DNA of 63,707 nucleotides, counting the filler, from Octopus bimaculoides (Eukaryota), in NCBI RefSeq assembly GCF_001194135.2. It is 8 parts of 8 records of this genome, joined end to end, with 100 filler letters (N's around TTAATTAATTAA, not from the genome) between each part and the next. Parts side by side here need not be neighbours in the genome. Positions count along the whole stretch, not along the records: positions 1 to 25,648 come from NC_068982.1; positions 25,749 to 28,429 come from NC_069005.1; 6 more parts are not named here. The stretch is one strand, 5' to 3'. Under the pieces are notes generated by a model. That model had not been told where the DNA came from and did no database searches. It saw only the letters and a list, made by a program, of their open reading frames with translations. Position numbers and translations under genes: made by a program. The first letter of the stretch is position 1; every line of letters starts with the position of its first letter. Positions 12,919 to 25,964 of this stretch are shown here, piece after piece.

Positions 12919-13917
12919 CAGGGTGTCCTCCCCAAAATATATACACACTTTAGCAGCTGATAACTCAATTGATGTTTTTTACTTCTTTCCAGATGAAACT
13001 CATTGGAATTAATTATGGCAACCAGATTAAGCTTTGAACAAAGGAAATTCGTTCTAAAATGCCACTGGAAGTGTGAAAAGACATTCACAGATCCACCAAC
13101 GCGACTTACCATCATTCGAATTAGAGATAAGTTTGACCAAAGAGTGCAGTATTGCGAGTGGTATTTGGCACGATGTGTAGAAGTGGCACACTTTCCAACA
13201 AAGATTGTGTGGAGTGATGAGGCCACATTCAAATTAAATGGTTCAATTAACCGCCACAACTGCACTTACTGGGGACCTGAAAATCCGCATGTTATAGTGG
13301 TACATCATGTTAATTTACTAGGAGTTAGGGTGTGGTGTGGTTTACCATCAAAAGGATTAATTGAACCATTCTTTTTTGACACTACTTTGACTGGTTTCAT
13401 TTACTTGAACTTGCTGCAACAATCTGTCGTGCCAAGCATTAGAAAAGACTTTGAAGATGAGGAGTTTTATTTTCAGCAAGATAGGGCACCCCCACACTAC
13501 CACCGTGGTGTTAGATCCTTCATTGATGAGCTCTTACCAAGCAGGTGGATTGGATGAAGGAGTTTCGTTGAATACCTTCCGCATTCACCAGACCTCACAG
13601 TGCTAGACTTTTTTTATGAGGATACCTACAAGACAAAGTCTACGCTACGAAACTTGCAACATTCGATGATTTGAGAGCAGCCATTGAACGAGAATTCACA
13701 CAAATACCAAACGAATTCTTCCGTAATGTTTGCGATTTCATTGCTTCGCGTTGTAAGCAGTGCCTGGACAAGAACGGACATCAGTTTGAAAACAGGCGTT
13801 GACAAAACAATAAAATGCTGTCTGTAGATTCTATTAAATTTTGAAAATGGAAAGTATTTTAATAAACCCCTACTTTACAATTATTTAAAGTGTGTATACA
13901 TTTTTGGGGACACTCTG
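12919..13917 (+). mobile_element. Tc1/mariner rosa-type (DD41D) transposon fossil with both TIRs and TA target duplication
   Basis: TA|CAGGGTGTCCTCCCCAAAATATATACACACTT ... AAGTGTGTATACATTTTTGGGGACACTCTG|TA. Transposase remnant [25 protein letters not shown] with 41 codons between the 2nd and 3rd catalytic D, including an in-frame stop. Confidence 0.9.
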
Positions 13918-14248
13918 TATACATACACACACACACACACATACACACACACACACACACACGTACACACACGATGGTCTTCTGCGCTGTTTCCGTCCGC
14001 CACTTTTATTCACAAGGCATTGATCAATCTGAGCTCTGAGCCTATGGTAGGCTGAACGCTGCGTTGTGGGTTGGCTTTTATAGTAATGGTATACAGCTAG
14101 GGTGATAAGAATAACTTAGTAATGAAGCAAAAGGTGACAGCGAGAGAATCAGTAAATATTAGGGTAGGAGAAATATGAGGATTGTGTATACGTTTCTCAG
14201 TGCATGAGTGTGTGTGTATATATATATATGTGTGTGTGNNNNNNNNNN

Positions 14249-14308
<60 letters not shown>

Positions 14309-14482
14309 TGAGAGCGGTGGTTTGGATTTGCGAAACCGCAAAATTGTTTCCTGCTTAGCTGCAGGCCTTAGAAACATAATCAAAGCTTGTAGCCGAAGCA
14401 TACTTATATTCATATCACAGAGCTAGTTACAACAAGGCTAGTTTTGAGTGAAAATGCAAACGCTGCCAATAAGTAAAATATA

Positions 14483-14648
14483 CGAGGTGCGCTGAAATGT
14501 TCCTGGCTTTGGTTAAAAAACAAAACAGAAGGATCAGTTATTTATCATTTTATTCAACATATTCCCCTCCCATATTAACACATTTAATGCAGCGGTCCTT
14601 CAGTTTTTTTTTAAGCTGTGTAAAACAACTCGGAGGGTTGGGCCTCCA
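14483..14648 (-). mobile_element. Mariner (DD34D) 3' terminal fragment
   Basis: TA|CGAGGTGCGCTGAAATGTTCCTGG TIR-like end; minus translation KKLKDRCIKCVNMEG.YVE* resembles mariner transposase C-termini. Confidence 0.65.
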
Positions 14649-14790
14649 GTGTTCAACAGGTACTTATTTTATCGACCCCGAAAGGATGAAAAGCAAAGCT
14701 GAAGTCGATGGAATTTGAACCGAGAACGTAAAGACGGATGGAATGCCGCTAAGTATTTGGTCACACGCGGTAACGATTCTGCCATCTTAC
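14646..14790 (-). mobile_element. tRNA-derived SINE family A fragment
   Basis: Reverse complement of the CTTTCATCCTTTCGGGGTCGATAAAATAAGTAC core. Confidence 0.75.
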
Positions 14791-14849
14791 TATCTTTTTG
14801 AGTCCTTATATTGATATATATTTCAGTCCTAGTACAGGCAGAATGTGAC

Positions 14850-15132
14850 GGCGCATGGCTTAATGGTTAGGGTATTCCTCTCACAATCATTAGGTTGCGA
14901 GTTCGATTCCCGGCGGTGCGTTGTGAACTTCACGTTGCTCCAGTTCACTCAGCAGGCAAAAATGAGTTGTTCCTATAAGTCTAAGGGCTTGCCATACCAC
15001 ATTGCGCATCACCCTGATTCTTCTTGTACACGTGTTTGTGGAGTGCTCAACCACTTTCATGTTAATTTCCAGAGCAGGCTCTTCTGTTGATCGGACCAAC
15101 TGAAATCCTTGTCGTCGTAAGCGACAAAATAC
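14850..15132 (+). mobile_element. tRNA-derived SINE family C, near full length
   Basis: A box TGGCTTAATGG and B box GTTCGATTCCC; body shared with 22727-23044 and 26390-26672. Confidence 0.85.
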
Positions 15133-15841
15133 TAGTTTCTTTTTAGTACCGGAAAAACAAGCATCAAGAAACCCACAAAAAGCAAAAAGAAACAACTGCA
15201 AAAAAGAAAAAAAAGGCAATGCCTTCCCTCAGCAATACAGTCGGTCATAGATGTAACGAATTTTAGGCCGAAATTTCATGATCTGATAGTCTCAGCGGCG
15301 GCGATGGCGGTTGATTTATCCCCCGCTAGCGATATAAGAGTGCTTATATGCACCTTAAGTTTCTCTCATGGTAAATACCGAAATATCTAGTGTTCTAGTA
15401 CAACATCCACTCCTAAGTGAATATACTTATTACCTTTTACTTTATGTTTTTCTTGACCTCTGGCTAACAACAATATCTTTAACAGGTTTGCTTTACAATT
15501 TTGCCAACCCAGACACAATCATACTCTCCTTCTATATGTAACTCTTTCTCTTTCACTCATTCTCCATTTCTTTCTTTTATTCTTTCTTTTCTCTTTCTTT
15601 CTTTAATCTCTCTCACTCTCCCTCTTTTACTCTCCCTCCCCCCTCTCTCTCATACGCTGAACCTTTAAGAGAGAGGTTTAGCCGATACATCCCCCTAGAC
15701 CCCAGGAAGCTAACGTGAGGAATACGAAAATCTGATGGTCCTTTCCCTAAGAGATGAAAAAAAGAAAAGAGGCTCTTGCCCCCTGCTTGAAATTTTGAGA
15801 GACCCTTGATACCGATATCGGTCCTCTTGCCCCTTGCAAAA

Positions 15842-15875
<34 letters not shown>

Positions 15876-16181
15876 ACGCAAGAATACACAGATCGACATG
15901 AACACATCCATAAATACACACATTGACACACTCACATACACACAGACATACAAGCACACACGCTCATGGACACATGCGAAGCCACACACTTGAAGATTCA
16001 CACATCCTCACACACACCCCCATACACACATCTACACACATACGCACATATATATATATATATACACACACATACACACACATTTTTCTTATGCGTTTAT
16101 TTTTATTACTTACCTCGCTGTTTGCCTTTGTTTCTTTACGTTCCAACTTATTCAGCGGTCCCACCCACTCTCTCCACCACC

Positions 16182-16213
<32 letters not shown>

Positions 16214-16339
16214 CAACAAAATCACTACAATAAAAAATCTACGTAATCATTATTTTCCTTCTTTTTATCCCGTCATAGCAATAAACTTCTTTATCGGTAT
16301 TTCATTGATTGAACCATTCATTGAATCAAACGAAATTTC

Positions 16340-16540
16340 ATTCATTCATTCATTCATTCATTCATTCATTCATGCTTATCTGGCCTTTATCTTCCTTTTC
16401 CTTTCCTTCTTTCCTTTTTTCTTTTTCTTCTTTTCTTCTTTCTTCCTTTGCTTGTTTCTTTGTTTGCTTTTATTTTTCATTCCTTCAATTTCGCTGAATT
16501 TCCTTTTTCTATTAAAATTTTCCATTATCTCTCTGTCTCT

Positions 16541-16581
<41 letters not shown>

Positions 16582-16619
16582 AATTTGGCTGAATTTTTTT
16601 TCTCATCTTTACATTTTTC

Positions 16620-16668
<49 letters not shown>

Positions 16669-16682
16669 TTCTTTCTTTCTTT

Positions 16683-16713
<31 letters not shown>

Positions 16714-17417
16714 AATTTGGCTGAATTTTTTTCTCATCTTTACATTTTTCATTATCTATCTATCTATCTATCTAGCTAGCTATCTTTTCTCTTTCTTTCT
16801 TTCTTTCTTTCTTTCTTCAACTTTGCTGAAATTTTTTCTTTTTTCTTTTTCTCTCCTTATTTATGTTCTTCCATTATTACCCTCTCTTTCTCCCTCTCTG
16901 TCTCCCTCCCCCTCTCTCTCTCTTTCAATCTATGTACCTGTCTCAGTGTCTGTCTATCTGTCTATCTCTGTTTGTCTGCCTGCCTGCCTGTCTAGCTATA
17001 TATCCATCAATCTCTCTACTTTCCCGCTTTCCTTCTTCCACACCTTCCTTCTTTCTTTCTCCTTCCTTTCGTTCTATCCTTTCTTTCTTTCATTCCTTCC
17101 TTCCATCTTTTCTCCCTTTTATCTCTTTCCTTTGCGTTTGTTTGTTTCTTTCCTTCTTTCTTTCCTTTAATTCATTCATTCTGTCCTTTCTTTCTTTCTT
17201 TCTTTCTTTCTTCCTTTCTCTCTTTCTTTCTTTCTTCCTTTCTTTCTTTCTTTCCTTCATTCTTCCGTTTAATTCATTCATTCTGTCCTTTCTTTCTTTC
17301 TTACTTTCTTTCTTTCTTTCTTTCTTTCTGTCCTTCTTTCTTCATTTCTGTCCTTCTGTCTTTCTTCCTTTCTTTCTTTCTTTCCTTCATTCTTCCCTTT
17401 AATTCATTCATTCTGTC

Positions 17418-17459
<42 letters not shown>

Positions 17460-17903
17460 NNNNNNNNNNNNNNNNNNNNNNNNNNNNNNNNNNNNNNNNN
17501 NNNNNNNNNNNNNNNNNNNNNNNNNNNNNNNNNNNNNNNNNNNNNNNNNNNNNNNNNNNNNNNNNNNNNNNNNNNNNNNNNNNNNNNNNNNNNNNNNNNN
17601 NNNNNNNNNNNNNNNNNNNNNNNNNNNNNNNNNNNNNNNNNNNNNNNNNNNNNNNNNNNNNNNNNNNNNNNNNNNNNNNNNNNNNNNNNNNNNNNNNNNN
17701 NNNNNNNNNNNNNNNNNNNNNNNNNNNNNNNNNNNNNNNNNNNNNNNNNNNNNNNNNNNNNNNNNNNNNNNNNNNNNNNNNNNNNNNNNNNNNNNNNNNN
17801 CCTTTCTTTCTTTCTTTCTTTCTTTCTTCCTTTCTCTCTTTCTTTCTTTCTTCCTTTCTTTCTTTCTTTCCTTCATTCTTCCGTTTAATTCATTCATTCT
17901 GTC

Positions 17904-17937
<34 letters not shown>

Positions 17938-18025
17938 GTCCTTCTTTCTTCATTTCTGTCCTTCTGTCTTTCTTCCTTTCTTTCTTTCTTTCCTTCATTC
18001 TTCCCTTTAATTCATTCATTCTGTC

Positions 18026-18067
<42 letters not shown>

Positions 18068-18072
18068 GTCCT

Positions 18073-18116
<44 letters not shown>

Positions 18117-18150
18117 TCCTTCTTTCTTTCTTCATTCCTTTCCTTCATGC
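16340..18150. repeat. About 1.8-kb pyrimidine-rich compound satellite: (TTTC)n, (TATC)n, (TTCA)n with higher-order units
   Basis: Direct reading; recurring anchors TTCAATTTGGCTGAATTTT and TTAATTCATTCATTCTGTCC; gap at 17460-17800. Confidence 0.9.
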
Positions 18151-18493
18151 TTTGCATCCATATATATTTGTCAATTACAGTCAACAAATCATGTAGAGAT
18201 TACACTCAAGTTTAACTAATCTCAAATTGCAAAGATTTCCCATCCTCCACCACGCATGTCTAAACCCACAGCCCCTTCACCTATCTGCCTTTCTGTTTTT
18301 CTTTTCTCTATCTACTCATTCCGTTGCAGGGTTCTTTCTTCTCACCCGTCAGTTTGACTCTACTTTTGAGAAATCTACTCGTCTTAATTCTCATAATCAT
18401 AACTGCATGTAATATATTAAACATACCACACACACACATACACTTACATACGTATCTATGTGTATATGTGTATATACATGCATGCATATATAC

Positions 18494-18555
<62 letters not shown>

Positions 18556-18950
18556 TCTTTTACTCTTTTACTTGTTTCAGTCATTTGACTGCGGCCATGC
18601 TGGAACACCGCCTTTAGTCGAATCAAATCGACCCCAGGACTTATTCTTTGTAAGCCTAGTACTTATTCTATCGGGTCACTTTTTGCCGAACCGCTAAGTT
18701 ACGGGGACGTGAACATACCAGCATCGGTTGTCAAGCGATGCTGGGGAGGGGGGACAAACACAGACACACAAGCACATACATATATATACATATATACGAC
18801 GGACTTCTTCCAGTTTCCGTCTACCAAATCCACTCACAAGGCTTTGGTCGGCCCGAGGCTATAGTAGAAGACACTTGCCCAAGGTGCCACGCAGTGGGAC
18901 TGAACCCGGAACCATGTGGTTGGTAAGCAAGCTACTTACCACACAGCCAC
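18556..18950 (-). mobile_element. Composite SINE (family B head + internal microsatellite + 3' module D)
   Basis: Head GGCTGTGTGGTAAGTAGCTTGC and B-box-like GGTTCAGTCCC; internal (TA)/(TG) tract; 3' module ending TGAAACAAGTAAAAGAGTAAAAGAG. Confidence 0.85.
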
Positions 18951-19125
18951 ACACACACACACATGTATACACATATATAAATATGTATGTATGTCTGTAT
19001 ATGTATATATATATATAGACAGAGAGCTAGATATATATGTATAAATATTTAAATATATATATGTATATGTACGTATGCATACATATGAATATATATACAC
19101 ATATACATAAATATAAATATACATA

Positions 19126-19278
19126 GGCGCAGGAGTGGCTGTGGTGTAAGTAACTTGCTAACCAATCACATGGTTGTGGGTTCAGTCCCGCTGCGAGGCC
19201 CCTTGGGCAAGTGTTTTCTACTATAGCCTCGGGGCGACCAAAGCTTTGTGAGTAGACGAAAACTGAAAGAAGCCCGTC

Positions 19279-19280
<2 letters not shown>
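19126..19280 (+). mobile_element. SINE family B 5' half
   Basis: GGCGCAGGAGTGGCTG..GGGTTCAGTCCC..CCTTGGGCAAGTG..AAAGAAGCCCGTCG followed by (TA)n. Confidence 0.85.
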
Positions 19281-19316
<36 letters not shown>

Positions 19317-19573
19317 NNNNNNNNNNNNNNNNNNNNNNNNNNNNNNNNNNNNNNNNNNNNNNNNNNNNNNNNNNNNNNNNNNNNNNNNNNNNNNNNNNNN
19401 NNNNNNNNNNNNNNNNNNNNNNNNNNNNNNNNNNNNNNNNNNNNNNNNNNNNNNNNNNNNNNNNNNNNNNNNNNNNNNNNNNNNNNNNNNNNNNNNNNNN
19501 NNNNNNNNNNNNNNNNNNNNNNNNNNNNNNNNNNNNNNNNNNNNNNNNNNNNNNNNNNNNNNNNNNNNNNNNN

Positions 19574-19626
<53 letters not shown>

Positions 19627-19919
19627 CACACTCTCACACAAACACAGGCATACATACCTAACAGGTTCTGCACCCACATAAATATTTGTTTGGTGCATTT
19701 AATAGGCTGTATGTCGGCTGTTACCGAGAGTAGAACAAACTGATTATATGTAATTTCTTATGAATGACATATTTATCCTACATGCATAATATAATATACC
19801 TCTCTCTGCACATATGGATATGTAGGTAGGAGTATAGGATTTAATATGCACACGTACATATACATACATAGGCACTCACACAGAGTCAGACATACATATG
19901 CACACACACACACACTGTC

Positions 19920-20360
19920 ACAGACAAGCATATACGTATGCAGACACAAGCAAACACACAAGCACAAACACATACATTAGCACAGACACAGACAGACATA
20001 GTTAAGTACACACACACACACACACTCACACACACACACATGCACACACATAGACACACACACGAACATACAGACACACAAACCCACACATATACACACA
20101 CACATACACACACACACATACAGACACACACACACGGACACATATACACAGATACACATTTAGACACAGACAGATACATGCACAAATACACGCACTCTTC
20201 CACAAACTGGCACAAATACACAGGAAAACACACATACACAAACATACATACATGCACCGACACACACACATACACACACACAGACACGCACACACACAGA
20301 TACACACATTCACAGACACATACACGTACACACATGCTCACACACTCAGATGCATAGGCA
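19920..20360. repeat. Degenerate (CA)n/(CAGA)/(CATA) cryptic simple repeat
   Basis: Direct reading. Confidence 0.85.
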
Positions 20361-21082
20361 AACACACAGCCTTATGTATTCATGCAAAATGAAACTAGTT
20401 CTGTTCCAGGATAAACCTGAATCACTTATGAGACGTTGTCGTTGAGCTTGAAACATTGCCATATAACTATCGGTTTCAAGTGGTTTAAAATCACGCTGAG
20501 TTTAAAATTCCTGAAGTCAGCCTGTTATCAGCTGAATATTTTTTAGCAGCGGTTCATACTGTTGTACTATTGCCATAAATATTACAGCACTTATCATCAG
20601 ATGATAGATATAGAAAAACAAATAAATTTATAAAAATATAAAATAAAATATACAAAGGAATTTGATCCTGTCCGATTTAAGTTTAGAATATCTTGCCCTG
20701 ACTTTTATGTCAAAGATGTAGATTCTTATATTTACACACAGTAAAAGTACGCTTGCGTCTTACTCTTCATTTGACTTTTTCCCCAGATGTTTCTACCATT
20801 TACTGTCCCCATCAGCTCTCTCTTTTCATTAGCAACTCTCGTATCGTATTCGCAAAGTGTTGCTGTGCCTGCTTGGGTTTATTAGAAACACACAATTTGT
20901 GCATTTGTTCGGCGCTTACGTATGTGTGGTATATAAATATAGGTTCATATGTGCTTGTGTAAGGTTGTATGTATAGGTGCAGTTAACTTTGTACATACAT
21001 AGAGACATGCCGGTATAGAGGCTCATATGCTATGCTTAAATACTGGATGTTTTTGGATGCGATTTTGTGCGGGTATGCGTGT

Positions 21083-21121
<39 letters not shown>

Positions 21122-21414
21122 TGCGTGCGTGCGTGTGCTCACGTGTAGTTCGAAGCCCAGTCTTTTTCCAGATTATATTATAAAGAACCACTGAGACTTG
21201 GCAATCAGAAATTGGCTCTATTCTAATAAAAACTGAGACTATATCAAGAATATTTAACTTCATCAAATCTTAGTTTGAAAATTTAAGAGGGTCATGAACT
21301 TTCTGTTAACGCCAAATGGAGGCAAGTCCTCTTTTTGAGTGTTTACCAATACCTACATTTTATACTAACCCTAGTTGAAAGCCAAATAGGAAAGCCATTA
21401 CGTTTGAGCTAGTC

Positions 21415-21633
21415 AGGCTGTGAGCTGGCAGAATCGGTAACACACCAGACAAAATACCTTTCTTTTGGCTTTATGTTCAGAGTTCAAATTCAGCTGAGGT
21501 CGACTTTGTCTTTCATCCTTTCTGTCTCGATAAAATAAGCTCTAGTTGAACACTGGGGCCGATGTCATCCACTAGTCGTTACCTTTCCCACCAAATTTCA
21601 GGCCTTGAACCTAGAGTAGAAAGAAAGAATAAT
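21415..21633 (+). mobile_element. SINE family A, full length
   Basis: A-box-like TGGCAGAATCGG, B box GTTCAAATTC, GAGGTCGACTTTG core, 3' TTTCAGGCCTTG..GTAGAAAG. Confidence 0.85.
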
Positions 21634-22726
21634 GTTTGATCTAATAGCTCAACTATTTGAAACAATTGACTTCTATTTTTCTCTAAAGGAACACATTTTC
21701 GGTTACATAAGCTTATGCATATGTCTTAAACTTTAAACTTATTTGTTTTATTTTTCAACACCAAGTGTCACTAGCTCGAGTTAAAACATTTTACTAATAG
21801 TTTAACTATCTAAAACAAAAAAATTGAGAAAACTATTTTGTAATGAAAAATTACATAATACATTAGATTTTAGCATTACAAATCAGATCAGTCTAATATT
21901 ACAACTCCCACGAGGAATATTTTAACTATTCATATTCACATAAATATTAGCTTAAAGTTTATTTTTATTAACCCATTACACTTGTAACTTTAAAAGAATT
22001 AATCATTTATAAACATACTTTGGTGACTGTCATGACATTAACAACTATTTTTTTCCCACACTTCACTCGGCACCATTGCTAAAGCGCAGCATTTTGGAGC
22101 AAATAGTTATAGTGGGGAAAGGGTAGAGTAATTAGAATGTCGGATAAAATGCATTACTATATATATATATATATATTTTGGTTCACTGTACTCTGGGTTC
22201 TCATCCGGACGAAGTCAACTTTGCTTTTTACCCGTCGAAGATCTATAAATTAAGTGACAAGGCGGAGGATTATATGAATTGCAGTATCTGTTCTGGATGT
22301 CTACGTTCTAATGATATCACCGCCGATGTCACAGGTACAAAGCTTTGTCGGTCCTAACTGTTTTAAGACAATATCGGAGTCGAAGAGAGGAAGGACTTGC
22401 ATGCGTGGAAGAAACGTTTTAGATGCATATTCATTGTCTCACGAGACACGCGGAGAACGAAAGATAATGAAGGTATTATGTATATATGGAGACTTTCCGT
22501 GGTATATCTTTCACAACGAGATGAAATAATTAATTTTAAAGTCACTTCTATATTTTTGTTTTGAAACATGCTATAAGTGTCGGCAATTTTTGATGATATT
22601 CATAAAACGAAAGAACAGGGAGATTGTTGGTGAAAATAATTGTGGACAAGATGAAATCATAAATGCAGATAGACAAAGGGGGGAAACGAGAAGTTGTCTA
22701 TGTCTACATACAGCTAAATAGCAAAG

Positions 22727-23044
22727 AGTCGTAGCTAAGTGGTTAGGGAATTTAGCTCATGAGTACATGGTCGTGAGTTCGATTCCCAGTGGCACGTTGT
22801 GTCCTTGAGAAAGTCGCTTTATTTCTTGTTGCTCCGGTCCACTCAGCTGGCAAAATAAGTGGTGCTTATAATTCAAAAGACCAGATTTGTCACACTCTGC
22901 GTCATGCTGAATCTCCCTGAAAGCTACGTTGAGAATTTTCGTGTCTGTGAACTGATCAGCTACATGCATGTTAATTTCATGAGAAGGCTGTTCCTTTCAT
23001 CGGATCAACTGGACTCCTCGTCGTTGTAAACGACGAAGTGCCAG
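22727..23044 (+). mobile_element. SINE family C, full length
   Basis: TAGCTAAGTGGTTAG A box, GTTCGATTCCC B box, shared body. Confidence 0.85.
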
Positions 23045-23559
23045 TTTTCAGCATAGGCACCTAAAACAGCTAACAAAAACATGGTACATAACACGAAGCT
23101 GTATTCACTTGCGAGTAACAACTGGCTGTACTCGATTAATACAATTGTGTTGCAGCTATATTTATTAATCCCAAGAAGTATTTTTTAGGTATAATGAGAC
23201 AAGAAAGGAAAGGCGTTTCAACAAGTTTTATGAACAAAGAAATACACATGAAGAGTTGAAGGTTATTAAATCATGGAAAAAGCTGAATATTGATGACAGA
23301 TTTAACACGGCAAATTTATGAATAGCATTTTTTGGACGGCATAGAAGCTGTAAAATAATACTTGTTCAGAAACAAAATTACAAGTACAATATTTAACTTT
23401 ATACAAAGATCAACTAAAAACTGTAGAATAGCAAAACTGCAAATAAAATTCAATAAAAGGCTAAATAGTGAAGATTACTACTGAAATATAAAACATAATC
23501 AAGGGATTATCTATTATGAATGGCATTTCTTAAGTTCTGGTTCAGGAAAGGAGTGCTGC

Positions 23560-24110
23560 TCATATCAAACGCAAACCTTGCAAAACCGGTTATACGCATT
23601 TTGAAAATCCGTAATTGAGTATGTTTGTAGGGAAAATATGGGTAGGAGAATAATACCAGAGGGTTTAAGATATTCGGAGAAAGGAAGAGATATAGCAGTT
23701 AATAGAATTTTGGGAAGAAACATTATGGGTGACATAAGAACATAAAATTAGTTATTTTAAAGGAATGGAGGCTGTTGGAATATGGATAAATGCAGCACGT
23801 CTGTAAAGTTATATGGATAAATATAGCACGTCTGTAAAGTTCGTTATTTAGTGGATATGAGGAAATCAGTTGGATTATTCTTTTAGATGCAATCTAATAT
23901 AATAAATTGTCACATGTCCGTTTTATTGCTATAATATACTACAAAACACATCGAGAGATTTTTTTAGCCAACGTCGTGTATTATGACGGATGCAAACGAT
24001 ACATATAGAGCATGTTTGTGGATAGAAGAAGGAATTTGTCCTTTCTTCCTTAAACAAACATGCTGTAGACACATTGTTTACAATAGTCGGACTACACAGT
24101 GTTGGCTAAA
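23560..24110 (-). mobile_element. Highly decayed Penelope-like reverse transcriptase remnant
   Basis: Minus-strand fragments CSPT..ACLF, TDVLH and SLPFSEYL resemble Penelope RT motifs (MGP.YACLF; K.TD..YL; S.PFSQ.LR). Many stops and frameshifts. Confidence 0.4.
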
Positions 24111-25129
24111 AAATCTGTAGATATATTCTATAGTATATTATGTATTCCAAGATGTTTATATTTGTTGCAACTGCACCGTCACAAATGTGGGAACAGCATT
24201 TCATTGTGAAATCTGAGCTTTGTATAGAATCGCCACCTAATCTAGAATCACCACAGCTACAAGATTTCGAATATGAGCGTCAACTATACTAAAAGCTTAT
24301 TGAAGGTAAACATTTGATGAGAAACAACATTTATTCACACATTGTTTATAATATAGTTGAAGTAGACTATTTTCAGGCAAAGCAACGAAAAACTTAAGTT
24401 AGGAAAATCTACGATGATTTGGTGATGTTTTGTTTGTCTTGACAGCTATTAGAGCAATTAAAGCTATTAAACGTTCACAACATTCAATCCCTAAAATAGA
24501 GAATGCATAAAATTCTATTTGATGGAATATTTAAACGCGTTTATAAAGAGTTACGAGTTCAAATGTCAGCAATTTAAGTACTGAGATTAGAAAGCTAAAT
24601 CGATGATTATACTAACGGGGTGAAAGCAATTAGACTCCTTACAGAAAATGAGAGCAAAAATGTGTTGAAAGTTTCGTAGTGGTTTATACTTTTGTTGGGA
24701 CATTTAATATGTTGATCCTATTATTAGGAAACATCATGTATAGAGGTGTACTGGATATGAGTTAAACACTAAACAACCAGTGAATTTCAATAAAATAGCA
24801 CGATTTTGCAAATGTCCTTGTTTGTAATGATAGTAAAAGCAGTAACAGAAGCAATGTAGAATCTAATAAAGATATACGTTCTTGTGTAGTTCCGGGGTCA
24901 ATCTTGGTGTAGAAGACTTATGTTGAGAGGTATTCAAATTATAACAACAGTGTATCAAAATTACATCATCCGTAGTGTCTTCCACGGTTTTCAAATTTTG
25001 GTGTGAGTTGCGGGAGTTTTGGTTGCGTATAAGTTTCTGCGTTGGAAAGGTTTTGTGGTAATTGTTGTAGCATTCTTGTTCTGATTAGCATAAACAAATA
25101 TCTTGTATCTGACAATTAATGTCGCATTA

Positions 25130-25350
25130 ACCAGCTTAACGCAGCGAACTGATAGAATCGTTAATACGCCGGGTAAAATGGTTATCGGCATTTCGTTCAT
25201 CTTTATGTTCTGCGTTCAAATTCCCCCGAAGGTGACTTTACTTTTTAACCCTTCGGGGTCAATAAAATAAATACCAGTTGAGTAATGGGGTGAATGTAAT
25301 CGACTTTCTTCCTCCCCAAAATTTTCTGGCCTTGTGCTATATTTGAAGCC
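25130..25350 (+). mobile_element. SINE family A (decayed)
   Basis: GATAGAATCGTTAATACGCCGGG head and CCCTTCGGGGTCAATAAAATAAATACCAG core. Confidence 0.7.
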
Positions 25351-25582
25351 AATATTTTATTACTCGTCTATGGCTATCTCCATTGTTACACTAATTCTAG
25401 AAATGTAGACCAGACCAGTTGACTTCCAGTTGTTAAATGCAAAATTTGTTTCGTACTCGAATACTATAACAGTTTTTCAATCTTCCGTAGTAAATAACAA
25501 AATGTGCCAGTGTGATTTGGTCTCAGTTATAACAACAGCATACAAACCCCATAAAAGGGTGCATTATTATTATTATTATTAT

Positions 25583-25614
<32 letters not shown>

Positions 25615-25648
25615 ACACCACCACCACCACCACCACCACCACTACTAC

Positions 25649-25748
25649 NNNNNNNNNNNNNNNNNNNNNNNNNNNNNNNNNNNNNNNNNNNNTTAATTAA
25701 TTAANNNNNNNNNNNNNNNNNNNNNNNNNNNNNNNNNNNNNNNNNNNN
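25649..25748. other. Artificial scaffold linker (44 N + TTAATTAATTAA + 44 N)
   Basis: The same 12-mer between N runs recurs at 28474, 37183, 53383, 57212, 58406 and 62088. Confidence 0.95.
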
Positions 25749-25921
25749 CTTCCGATCTTATATATATATATATACATATACATACATATATGTACATACA
25801 TGTATATACATATATATACATATATACATATATACATATATATATACACACCGATGTATACATATATATATACACACATATATTTATATGTATATATATA
25901 TACATACATACATATATATCG

Positions 25922-25964
<43 letters not shown>

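Noticed and set aside
12035-13012. Long ORFs spanning N runs (also near 35.5, 41.8, 48.7, 50 and 60.6 kb)
   Set aside because: Open only because N codons are not stops; the flanks are dinucleotide repeats.
14850-14930. tRNA-like A and B boxes
   Set aside because: These are SINE heads with no cloverleaf or acceptor stem and are followed by a repeat body; not tRNA genes.
17801-18060. Near-identical block on both sides of the 17460-17800 gap
   Set aside because: May be the same sequence assembled twice, so copy number of this unit cannot be trusted.
25693-25704. Recurring TTAATTAATTAA between N runs (seven occurrences in the window)
   Set aside because: Identical 12-mer with stops in all frames inside symmetrical N padding: a scaffolding linker, not biology.
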